Source: Thermoplasmata archaeon
GTDB lineage: Archaea > Thermoplasmatota > E2 > JACPAO01 > JAHFTW01
NCBI GenBank assembly: GCA_034667725.1
Contig: JAXDQS010000003.1
Location: forward strand, 1 to 64,000
Length of the DNA: 64,000 nt
Direction: 5' to 3'
Positions 29,133-37,248 of this stretch are shown piece by piece (position 1 is the stretch's first letter; each line of letters begins with the position of its first letter). The notes below the pieces were generated by a model, which was not told the DNA's origin, made no database searches, and saw nothing but the letters and a program-made list of their open reading frames with translations. The translations under genes and the position numbers were made by a program.

Positions 29133-29998
29133 CAGCCCGCCACCTCGGCCGCCACCGCCCGCAACTGCCCCGCGAACAGGTCGTTGCGGCGCCGCGCCGG
29201 CTCGAACAGCAAGTCCCGTGCCCACGCCGTGTCGCTCGCCGGGTCCGGGTGCCACGCCCACTCCCGCACCGGGTCGCCCGCCCAGAAGCGCGGCACCCGC
29301 GCCGCCAGCTCCGCGCCCAAGCCAGGAGCAGGGCCGATCGGCTCGGGCGCCAACAGCGCCACCGGCAAGCCGGCGCAGTACGCCTCGACGCCAAGGCAGC
29401 CGCCGTTGCCGCCGTCCGCCAGCACTGCCCGGGCGCCATGCAGCAACGGATACCGGTCGGCGCCCGCCGGCGCGAGCGTCACGCCGTGCGCCGCCGCCAG
29501 CCGCCGCCGCAGCCCGGAGGGCGCGGCGCGCGGCAGCGCGGCCAGCACGGGGACCTCGCGGGCCAGCGCGACGGCCGCCGCCGCGGCCTGCGCAAGCGCG
29601 CGGCCACGGACGGCCGGAAGCCAGGCGACCGGGCCTTCGGGGTCATGGCCGAGCCCCTCCAGCTCGTTGAGGGCCGGGTGGCCGAAGCGCGACACCTCGG
29701 CGCCCGGCAGGCGGCGCTCGAGAGCATCGACCGCGCGCGGGCCGTAGGCGTTCACCTGCTCGAAGCGCACACGGGGGGCCAAGCGGGTCAGCCGGGCCAA
29801 CGGCGGCGGCTTGGCGCCCAGGCCATGGAACACCTGGACGTTCCAGACCCCGCGGCGCATCCGACGCGGGCTCGCCTGCACCACGACCGCCGGCCGCTGC
29901 GGCGGCGGCACCAAGAGGTCCTGCAGGCGGCCCATGAGCGGCCGCAGGTGCGCCAGCTCCTCCGGGTGGCGGTGGGGGAACGCGACGCCAGGCTGCAA
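29132..29998 (-). CDS. Divergent CDP-glycerol glycerophosphotransferase (TagF-like, GT-B fold) protein; start uncertain
   Basis: VQVFHGL..K, AYGP, FGHPAL (cf. GYPK.D), VLAD....GVEAY; stop overlaps the peptidase start (TGATG). Confidence 0.5.
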   Translation of the reverse strand: MQPGVAFPHRHPEELAHLRPLMGRLQDLLVPPPQRPAVVVQASPRRMRRGVWNVQVFHGLGAKPPPLARLTRLAPRVRFEQVNAYGPRAVDALERRLPGAEVSRFGHPALNELEGLGHDPEGPVAWLPAVRGRALAQAAAAAVALAREVPVLAALPRAAPSGLRRRLAAAHGVTLAPAGADRYPLLHGARAVLADGGNGGCLGVEAYCAGLPVALLAPEPIGPAPGLGAELAARVPRFWAGDPVREWAWHPDPASDTAWARDLLFEPARRRNDLFAGQLRAVAAEVAG

Positions 29999-30113
29999 GT
30001 GCTGCGCGCAGGGGCAGCCGCGTCAAGAACACGCTGGCACGGCAAGCCTGAAAAGCCCGCGCCGCAGCCGAAGGCCTGGTGGCTGCTTGAACCGCTGGAG
30101 CCTGGCCTGGTGG

Positions 30114-30725
30114 ATGCGGACGGCCATCCTTGTTGCCTGGTTCCTCGTGGCCGAATGGCGGGTTGGCACGTTCCCGAAGACGGGAGCGGGGATGGCGTGG
30201 CTCACGCTGCCGGCGTTCGCGCTGGCGTTCCTGGTCCCGGCGGGCATCCTGTTGTGGGTATGGCCTGCCAAGAAGGCGTCCCGGGAACCCCAACGGGGGC
30301 CGGCGGCGGAGCCCGCCTGGAAACCAGGGGACACCGGCAAGCTCCTCGTCGGCGTCGGGGCCGCGCTGGCCGGCTTGGCGGTCGCCGGCTTCCTGCTGGC
30401 CGCGTTCCCGATGGGGCAGTGCGGGAGTTCCGGCCACTACCAGTACACCTGGCGGGACCCGGGCCTGAACGCCCACCTCCATGACCATCCCGTGTTCGCG
30501 GGCGACATCAACGGGGACGGCAGCATCGTCTTCCGCGAAGACCATGAGCGCTGGTTCCGCGTGGAGGCGAACGACACGGTCCGGACGCTGTGGCGAGGCA
30601 GCCGGGAGTCCCCTGACGACGCCATGGAGACCGTGGCCGGGATGCTGCTCCCGTTGGACTGGACCCCGCATCCCCAAGACCCGGCCAGCCGCAGGGTCAT
30701 CGAGACGGAGCACCAGAGTTGCTGA
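30114..30725 (+). CDS. Hypothetical membrane protein
   Basis: ATG 30114, 22 nt after CTTGAA; 2-3 hydrophobic helices then a soluble tail. Confidence 0.55.
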   Translation: MRTAILVAWFLVAEWRVGTFPKTGAGMAWLTLPAFALAFLVPAGILLWVWPAKKASREPQRGPAAEPAWKPGDTGKLLVGVGAALAGLAVAGFLLAAFPMGQCGSSGHYQYTWRDPGLNAHLHDHPVFAGDINGDGSIVFREDHERWFRVEANDTVRTLWRGSRESPDDAMETVAGMLLPLDWTPHPQDPASRRVIETEHQSC

Positions 30726-30776
30726 GCTCCGCACGAAGGCCAAAACCCCTAAGTCGCCCATCCCGTGCCGCGCCGC

Positions 30777-31253
30777 ATGGCCAAGAAGGAAGGCGGCCTT
30801 CCCGTCGTCCGCATCCAGACCAACCGCGGCAACATCGACATCGAGCTCTACAAGAAGGACGCTCCCAAGACCGTCGAGAACTTCCTCAAGCTCACCAAGA
30901 GCGGCTTCTACGACGGCCTGCACTGGCACCGCGTCATCTCCGACTTCATGGTGCAGGGCGGCTGCCCCCACTCGCGCACCAAGGGCGACCGCCGCGCCGG
31001 CACCGGCGGCCCCGGCTACACCTTCGCGGACGAGACCCGCGGCAACCCGCGCCGCCACGGCACCCACGTCCTGTCGATGGCCAACGCCGGCCCCAACACC
31101 AACGGTTCCCAGTTCTTCATCACCCACTCGCCCCAGCCCCACCTCGACGGCAAGCACACCGTCTTCGGGCACGTCGTCGAGGGCGGCAACGTCGTCGACC
31201 AGGTCCGCCAGTGGGACGAGATCCAGAAGGTCCAGGTCCTCGAGGAGGCCTAG
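30777..31253 (+). CDS. Cyclophilin-type peptidyl-prolyl cis-trans isomerase
   Basis: [54 protein letters not shown]. Confidence 0.96.
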   Translation: MAKKEGGLPVVRIQTNRGNIDIELYKKDAPKTVENFLKLTKSGFYDGLHWHRVISDFMVQGGCPHSRTKGDRRAGTGGPGYTFADETRGNPRRHGTHVLSMANAGPNTNGSQFFITHSPQPHLDGKHTVFGHVVEGGNVVDQVRQWDEIQKVQVLEEA

Positions 31254-31255
31254 GC

Positions 31256-31504
31256 ATGGCCACTTGGCGCGTCCTCGTGAAGGCCCCCACCGCCGAGGCG
31301 ATGGAGCCGTTCAAGAACGAGCGCGACCGCTTCAAGAAGCTCTACAGCCACGGCGGCGCCGAGGCCATCTTCGAGGTGCCCGAGCACAACGAGGCCGGCG
31401 CCGACCAGATCGTCGCCGAGGCGAAGGCCGCCGGCTTCGAGGCCAAGAAGGAGCGCTACGAGGACCCGTTGGAGTCCAGCGGCGCGTCCGCCGACTTTTG
31501 GTAA
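31256..31504 (+). CDS. Small hypothetical protein (82 aa)
   Basis: ATG 2 nt after the cyclophilin stop; strongly GC3-biased codons; MATWRVLVKAP...SADFW. Confidence 0.7.
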   Translation: MATWRVLVKAPTAEAMEPFKNERDRFKKLYSHGGAEAIFEVPEHNEAGADQIVAEAKAAGFEAKKERYEDPLESSGASADFW

Positions 31505-31508
31505 CGCG

Positions 31509-31952
31509 ATGAAGGGGCCGCTCCCGACGCTCCTGCTGTTGGCGGCCTTGGCGCTGGCAGGGTGCCACGAGCAGGCGCCCGAGAAGCCGGCCGAGCATCC
31601 GGCCCGCGGCGAATGCGCTTGGGGCGACCCCGACTCCACCTATCCGGTGGCGCTCTACTGCCGCACCTTCGACGGGACGCAACTGTTCTCCAAGACCTTG
31701 GGGCCCTGCGGTCGCGCCGTGCTGGAGTTCGCGTTGGAGCTTTCCAGCGGCAACGTGACGGCGACGGTGTGGGGCGACGGCGGCCTGCTGGCGGGGAAAC
31801 GGCTCACGGGGCCGGGCTTCACCCAGCCCGCCAACCTGACCGACCTGCCCGCGTCGAGCTTCTACACGCTCGACGTCGCCGCGCACGACGCCGTCGGCCT
31901 GGAATGGAAGGTGGCCGTCTACTGCGTGCCTACAGATCCAGCAGCACCCTGA
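31509..31952 (+). CDS. Putative lipoprotein
   Basis: LALAGC lipobox after a hydrophobic stretch. Confidence 0.65.
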   Translation: MKGPLPTLLLLAALALAGCHEQAPEKPAEHPARGECAWGDPDSTYPVALYCRTFDGTQLFSKTLGPCGRAVLEFALELSSGNVTATVWGDGGLLAGKRLTGPGFTQPANLTDLPASSFYTLDVAAHDAVGLEWKVAVYCVPTDPAAP

Positions 31953-32364
31953 GGTGCCAGCGTCCCTGCCCGTCCGCCTCGAACCGGACCTGGTGGTACG
32001 TCACGGCCTTGACCTCGACGCCGCGCCCGTGGCGTGCGGCCTCGAAGCGGCTGCCGTTGCCGTCGGCCTCGGCGCGCAGGATGCCGTCGGCGGCGCGCAC
32101 GACGCGGACGCCGCCTTGCAGCCACAGCAGGTCGTCGGACTCCATCAGCCAGACCAGCTCGGCCAGGAAGGCGACGGCGAGGGCGGCGTGGTCGGGCGCC
32201 TCGACGGCGAACGCCATGGGCCGGTCGGCCAGGCGGGCGTCGGGCGGGCGCCCTGTCAGCACTTCGGCCAGCCCGCGGGCGGCCTCGGCGAGGCAGGCGC
32301 CGGCGGTGTCGGCGTCGGCCTCGATGGCAAGGTCGGCGGTGTGGTCGACGAGGCGGTAGCTCAT
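31930..32364 (-). CDS. Archease (RtcB cofactor)
   Basis: DHTADL, EVKAVTYH, C-terminal LLDL. Confidence 0.92.
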   Translation of the reverse strand: MSYRLVDHTADLAIEADADTAGACLAEAARGLAEVLTGRPPDARLADRPMAFAVEAPDHAALAVAFLAELVWLMESDDLLWLQGGVRVVRAADGILRAEADGNGSRFEAARHGRGVEVKAVTYHQVRFEADGQGRWHLRVLLDL

Positions 32365-33197
32365 GGGGCGGCCCCCGGGTCGATGAGGACGACGGAGAGC
32401 GCCACGAAGTCATAGACGAAGTGGGCGACGATGACGGTCCAGAGCGAGCCGCCGCGCACCACGATGGCGCCGAACAGGACGCCGAGGGCGCCGGGCAGGA
32501 TGACCTGCAGGGGCGTGCCGTAGCCGAAGTGCGCCAGGCCGAACAGCAGCGACGACACGCCGACGGCGAGCACCTGGGCGCCGCGCAGCGACAGGCCACG
32601 CCTGGCGCCGGCCTCCTCCAGGCGGCGAATCATCCAGCCGCGGAAGAACACCTCCTCGCCGACGGCGGCGGCGGTGGCCACGGCGACCACCAGCGGCCAG
32701 GTCATGGCCTCGACCAGCTGGTCCTTGACGGGGTTGTCCTGGGAGACGCCGGACTTCTCCAACAGCAGGCCGATCGCGATGAAGGCGCCCAGGATGGCGG
32801 CGCCCCAGGCGAGCCCCTTGAGGATGCCCTTGCCGGGGTCGGTGAGGCGGAAGTAGCGCAGCGTGCCCGCGACCGGGACCAGGCGGGTGCCGAGGCCCCA
32901 GGCGAGCGGGATGGCGGCCATCAGCAGCAGCTGGGCGCCGGACTGGACGTAGAGCGCCTGGCGGAACGCACCGGCGTCCAGGTCGCCCTCCGGCGCCGGG
33001 CCGGCCAGGCCGGAGAGGATGACGAGGACGCCCAGCAGCGCGAGCAGGCCGACGTCGACGCCGAGCACGACGTCCCAGCCGCGCCCGCCCGGCGCCGGCT
33101 TGCGCGCCTCCGGCGGCAAGGCCGGCGTGGCGGGCGGCGGCCGGGGCGTGGCGGCGCGCCAGGCGCCGGTGGCGGGGTCGAACGGCAGGTCGCGCAT
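32361..33197 (-). CDS. CPBP/Abi (CAAX type II) intramembrane metalloprotease
   Basis: GEEVFFRG, SSLLFGLAH, AHFVYD. Confidence 0.9.
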   Translation of the reverse strand: MRDLPFDPATGAWRAATPRPPPATPALPPEARKPAPGGRGWDVVLGVDVGLLALLGVLVILSGLAGPAPEGDLDAGAFRQALYVQSGAQLLLMAAIPLAWGLGTRLVPVAGTLRYFRLTDPGKGILKGLAWGAAILGAFIAIGLLLEKSGVSQDNPVKDQLVEAMTWPLVVAVATAAAVGEEVFFRGWMIRRLEEAGARRGLSLRGAQVLAVGVSSLLFGLAHFGYGTPLQVILPGALGVLFGAIVVRGGSLWTVIVAHFVYDFVALSVVLIDPGAAP

Positions 33198-33206
33198 GGT
33201 GGCGCG

Positions 33207-33665
33207 TCAACCCCAGCGGTGGTAGGCGGGGTGGCCCTCGCGCACGGCCACGAAGGTGCCGTCGCAGGTCGCGGTGACCTTGCCGTCGCACAGCAGGTCG
33301 CAGTGGATGGTGGCGCGGTCGCCGTCGATGGAAACGGCCTTTGCTTCGAGGCGCAGGGGCTTGCCGGCGGGGGTGGGCCGGCGCAGCTTGACGTGGAAGT
33401 CGGCGGTCACGGTGCATTGGGGCTTGTCCCAGCCGTGGGCCTTCATGAGCGAGGTCGCGGCGCACCAGTTGCTGTGGCAGTCCAGCAGGGTGCCGAGGAT
33501 GCCGCCGTTGACGACGCCGGGGAACGCCTGGTGGTGCTCCTGGGGCGTGTACTCCATGACGTAGGCGTCGCCCTCCCAGCGGCTCTGGATGCGCAGGCCT
33601 TTGGGGTTGGCGGGCCCGCAGCCGAAGCAGATGGAGCCGGGCGCGAGGCGCTCTTGGTCGGACAC
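33207..33665 (-). CDS. PaaI-family hotdog thioesterase
   Basis: CFGCG..NP.GL, PGVVNGGILGTLLDCH, VTA...VKLRRPTP. Confidence 0.88.
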   Translation of the reverse strand: MSDQERLAPGSICFGCGPANPKGLRIQSRWEGDAYVMEYTPQEHHQAFPGVVNGGILGTLLDCHSNWCAATSLMKAHGWDKPQCTVTADFHVKLRRPTPAGKPLRLEAKAVSIDGDRATIHCDLLCDGKVTATCDGTFVAVREGHPAYHRWG

Positions 33666-33740
33666 AGGCCGCGCAACCGCCGCCCCGCCTTGACGGTTCC
33701 CTCAAAGCGCCAATGTGTTCAAGTAGCCGCAAACCAGGTG

Positions 33741-35333
33741 ATGGGCGTGGCCTCCCGCTGGGCCGTGCTGGCAATGGCCGTCCCCCTGCTGCTGCTGGCA
33801 GGCTGCACGGGCACGCAGCCCTACACGGACCTGCCCCAGACGCCGGCGGTCTACGAGCCGCCGGAGCCGAAGCCCTACGTCGCCGCCGCCGACGCCGGCG
33901 GCCCGCCCTTGCCCGTGCTGGTGCTGCCGGGCTTCAACGAGAACCGGCCGTCGTCGCCCGCCGCGCCGCCGCCGGTGGCCGTCGAGGCGCCCCGCCTCCG
34001 GCCCGGCAGCCAGTTCCTGTTCGAGACCATCACCGAGTCCAGCAGCGAGGCGGACCTCGGCGGCCTCCCGGTGCGCGCCAACGCCACCCATGGCCTCCGG
34101 ATGCTCGCCACCGGGCTGACGCTGGAGGACCGGCCGGTGGTGCTGGCCGCCCGCCTCGGCCACTTCGGCCGCGGGCTCACCGTCACGGGCGCCACCACCC
34201 TCGACCCGGCCACCTTGGCCCAGCGCGACCTCGCGGACCTGGCGTGGCTCAACGACTGCCAGGAGAAGCCCGAACGCTGCCCCACCGACCTGAAGGTGGG
34301 CCTGCCGGGCAACATGACGGAGCGGCCGAAGGTGCCGTTCCCGCTCCGGGTCGGCAAGGAGTGGACCGACGTCGCGTTCCACGAGGAGGCCGTCGGCTCC
34401 TGGGCCTGCCGCGTCGAGGCCATCAACACCACCATGCTGCTGGGTGCCCTGGACGTCGCCGTCTGGCTGGCGTGCGACGCCATCTTCCCGCTCAATCAGG
34501 AGGAGGGCAGCACCTTCCAGACCGGCGCCGCGACGATGCGTTGGCGGGCGGTCTACAGCGACGCGCTCGGCATCCTGGTGGCCGAGGCGCGCACCGAGGA
34601 GGTGCGGCTCCATGTCGAGGACCTGGAGGGCGTGCGCGACCTCGCCAGCATGTCGAACCGCACGGTCCACGTCATCGACGCGACCCTTGCCGACGAGCCC
34701 GAGCCGGACATGGTCGAGCTCTACACCCTCCTCAACCGCACCGGCCGCTCCCTCCGGACCAGCCTGTCGCCGTACGGGGACTTCCGCTACAATGCCCACG
34801 TCTTCACCGAGGAGCTGCCCAACAGCACCATCGCGTGGTCGCTGCGGGACGGCGCCGGCAAGGTGTGGCAGCAGGGCCAAGGCAAGGCGTTCAACGTCAG
34901 CCTGGAGCCCGGCAGCTACCTGCTCCGGGTCGAGGCCGTCCACCACGGCAAGGTCCTCATGTTCCAGGAGCGGCCGCTGCTGCGCCACCTGTTCGTCGAG
35001 GGCGAGAAAACCTGCAGCACCGTGGTGGTCGTGCTGCCCACCGGCGCCAACGGCTCCTGCCCCAAGCACCAGTTCGAGGTCCGCGGCGGCGTGTCGTTCC
35101 TCTACGTCTGGGTCGCGGGCTACGGCAACGGGGAGGGCACGTTCGCCATCCTGGACCCGCGCAACGTCACCCAAGGCACGTCGGACTGGGGATGGGGCCT
35201 GTTCTGGCTGGAGCCGCTGGACGCCGCCGGCACCTGGACCCTGGAGCCGCGCCCTGAGGTGATGCACGACGGCAGCTACCAGTTCGAGGTCGTCGCCATC
35301 TATGAGCCCCTGAAGCCTCAGCAGCCTGGATGA
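33741..35333 (+). CDS. Large putative lipoprotein, hypothetical
   Basis: 3' part of track ORF 32034; LLLAGC lipobox; beta-rich C-terminus; start ATG 33741 or GTG 33747. Confidence 0.7.
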   Translation: MGVASRWAVLAMAVPLLLLAGCTGTQPYTDLPQTPAVYEPPEPKPYVAAADAGGPPLPVLVLPGFNENRPSSPAAPPPVAVEAPRLRPGSQFLFETITESSSEADLGGLPVRANATHGLRMLATGLTLEDRPVVLAARLGHFGRGLTVTGATTLDPATLAQRDLADLAWLNDCQEKPERCPTDLKVGLPGNMTERPKVPFPLRVGKEWTDVAFHEEAVGSWACRVEAINTTMLLGALDVAVWLACDAIFPLNQEEGSTFQTGAATMRWRAVYSDALGILVAEARTEEVRLHVEDLEGVRDLASMSNRTVHVIDATLADEPEPDMVELYTLLNRTGRSLRTSLSPYGDFRYNAHVFTEELPNSTIAWSLRDGAGKVWQQGQGKAFNVSLEPGSYLLRVEAVHHGKVLMFQERPLLRHLFVEGEKTCSTVVVVLPTGANGSCPKHQFEVRGGVSFLYVWVAGYGNGEGTFAILDPRNVTQGTSDWGWGLFWLEPLDAAGTWTLEPRPEVMHDGSYQFEVVAIYEPLKPQQPG

Positions 35334-36325
35334 AGGGCCTGCTGCCGTGGTACGACGCCCACGCCCGCGACCTGCCCTGGCGCCGCAGCCGCGACCCCTA
35401 CGCCATCTGGGTGTCCGAGGTCATGCTCCAGCAGACCCGCGTCGAGGCGGTTCTGCCCTACTACGCCCGCTGGATGGCCCGCTTCCCTACCGTCCACGCC
35501 CTCGCCCAGGCCGACCTGGAGGAGGTGCTGCGCCTCTGGAGCGGCCTCGGCTACTACCGCCGCGCCCGCCACTTGCACGCGGCCGCCAGGCAGGCGGCCC
35601 GCGACGGCCTGCCCGCCGACGAGCACGGCTGGCGCCAGATGCCCGGCATCGGCCCGTACGCCGCCGGCGCCATCGCCTCGATCGCGCACGGCGAGCGCGT
35701 CCCCGCCGTGGACGGCAACGTGGTGCGCGTCGCCACCCGCGTCCTCGGCCCGCCGGAGGCCAGCCTGGCGCGGGTGCGCGAGGCCGCGGCCGCGTGGGTC
35801 GATCCCGCCCGCCCCGGCGACTGGAACCAGGCCCTGATGGACCTGGGCGCCACCGTCTGCACGCCGCGCGCGCCGCGCTGCGGCGAGTGCCCGGTCGCCG
35901 GCGCCTGCGCCACGCGCCAGGCCGGCCTCGACCCCGCCGGCATCCCCGCCCCGCGCAAGCGGGCGGCGGTGCGCGACGAGGCGCTGCACTTCGCCGTCGT
36001 CCGGCGCGGCGACGACATCCTCCTGGTCGAAGGCACCGGCACGCTGCTGGAAGGCCTCTGGCGCCTCCCGGGCGGGCCGCGCGCCGAGCCGCTGGCGCGG
36101 CTGGTGCGCGAGCAGGCCGGGGTGGCCGTGCGCTGGCAGGGCGAGCCCGCCGAGGTGCGGCACGAGTTCACGCACCGGCGCTGGCGCATGGAGGTGCGCG
36201 CCGGCACCGCCCGCGACGACACCATGGCGCTGGCGCCAGGGGCCCGCTGGGTGCCCCGCGCCGAGCTGCCCGGGGCCCCGCTCTCGACCGCGATGCGCAA
36301 GGCCATCGCCGCGCAGGGGCTATGA
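35330..36325 (+). CDS. mutY: A/G-specific adenine DNA glycosylase MutY
   Basis: WVSEVMLQQT, WSGLGYY.RAR, HhH MPGIGPY, VDGNV, CX6CX2CX5C Fe-S motif, NUDIX-like tail. Confidence 0.93.
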   Translation: MKGLLPWYDAHARDLPWRRSRDPYAIWVSEVMLQQTRVEAVLPYYARWMARFPTVHALAQADLEEVLRLWSGLGYYRRARHLHAAARQAARDGLPADEHGWRQMPGIGPYAAGAIASIAHGERVPAVDGNVVRVATRVLGPPEASLARVREAAAAWVDPARPGDWNQALMDLGATVCTPRAPRCGECPVAGACATRQAGLDPAGIPAPRKRAAVRDEALHFAVVRRGDDILLVEGTGTLLEGLWRLPGGPRAEPLARLVREQAGVAVRWQGEPAEVRHEFTHRRWRMEVRAGTARDDTMALAPGARWVPRAELPGAPLSTAMRKAIAAQGL

Positions 36326-37248
36326 GGCGGCAGGGCTCGGGCGGGCGCGTGCGCGGCGCGCCGCTGCTGGTCCTCCTGCTGCTGGCGGCGTCGGCCGCGC
36401 CGGCCAGCGGGCAGGCGGTCGTGCTCATCCACCACAGCCGCGACGACGTCGACCCGTTCGGCGTGGCGCTGCGGCAGGGCGACTCGTTCTCGGCGCGCTA
36501 CGCCCACGTCGCGGCCGGCGCCGGCCGGTTCGACTACCCGACCTTCGTGGCGGACGGCCTGAACCCGATCGTGGCGCTGCCCGTGCCCGCGCAGCCCTAC
36601 GCCGGGACCTTGGACGCCTACGCCGCCGGGTTCGCCGCGCGCGCCGCCGCCCCCGCCGGCGCCACGCTTGCCGTGCAGGCGATCCCCGACGGCAAGGAGG
36701 TCCGCGTCGAGGTGGGCGTCGCGCCGGGCCAAGGCCTGGAGCCGGTGCGGCTCTGGGTCGCCATCACAGAGGACCATGTGCGCTACATCGCGGACAGCGC
36801 CATCTCGAACGGCGTCGAGGACCATCGCTTCACGGTGCGCGCCATCGTCGACGGCGGCCTGGTCGAGGGCCCCGCCAACCGCACCTTCCGCCTCCTCGCC
36901 GGCGACTGGGACCCGGATTTCGTGTCGGCCGCGGCGTGGCTGCAGGCCGAGCCCAACGCCGTCCGCCTCGCGCCCCACGAAGCGGTGCAGGCCGCGTCCG
37001 CCAAGCTGGGGGCGCCCGCCACCGTCCAGGCCAGCAAGGCCGTGCTGCTGGAGCTCTACTCCGCGACCTGGTGCGACCCGTGCCTCTACGGCGACCTCGC
37101 GATGGAGGAGCTGGCCGTCCGCCACGCCGGCGCCAGCAAGGAGGCGCCGCCCGCCAAGGGCTACTACCGTGCCCCCGACAGCGTGCTGGTGTTCGCCGTC
37201 GCGGCCGTCGGCGGCCTCGCGTTCGCGCTCGTGGGGAGGCGGCGCTGA
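36322..37248 (+). CDS. Exported Omp28/DUF1223-like thioredoxin-fold protein, apparently circularly permuted, C-terminally anchored
   Basis: Signal peptide; VVLIHH..DPF..RY..YPTFVADG, then Ig-like VAITED/H.F.VR, and only then VLLELYSATWCDPC; TM plus RRR. Confidence 0.7.
   Translation: MRRQGSGGRVRGAPLLVLLLLAASAAPASGQAVVLIHHSRDDVDPFGVALRQGDSFSARYAHVAAGAGRFDYPTFVADGLNPIVALPVPAQPYAGTLDAYAAGFAARAAAPAGATLAVQAIPDGKEVRVEVGVAPGQGLEPVRLWVAITEDHVRYIADSAISNGVEDHRFTVRAIVDGGLVEGPANRTFRLLAGDWDPDFVSAAAWLQAEPNAVRLAPHEAVQAASAKLGAPATVQASKAVLLELYSATWCDPCLYGDLAMEELAVRHAGASKEAPPAKGYYRAPDSVLVFAVAAVGGLAFALVGRRR

Noticed and set aside
31930-32364. Archease as a marker of a local RNA-repair system
   Set aside because: No rtcB or rtcA nearby; a stand-alone archease is ordinary in archaea.
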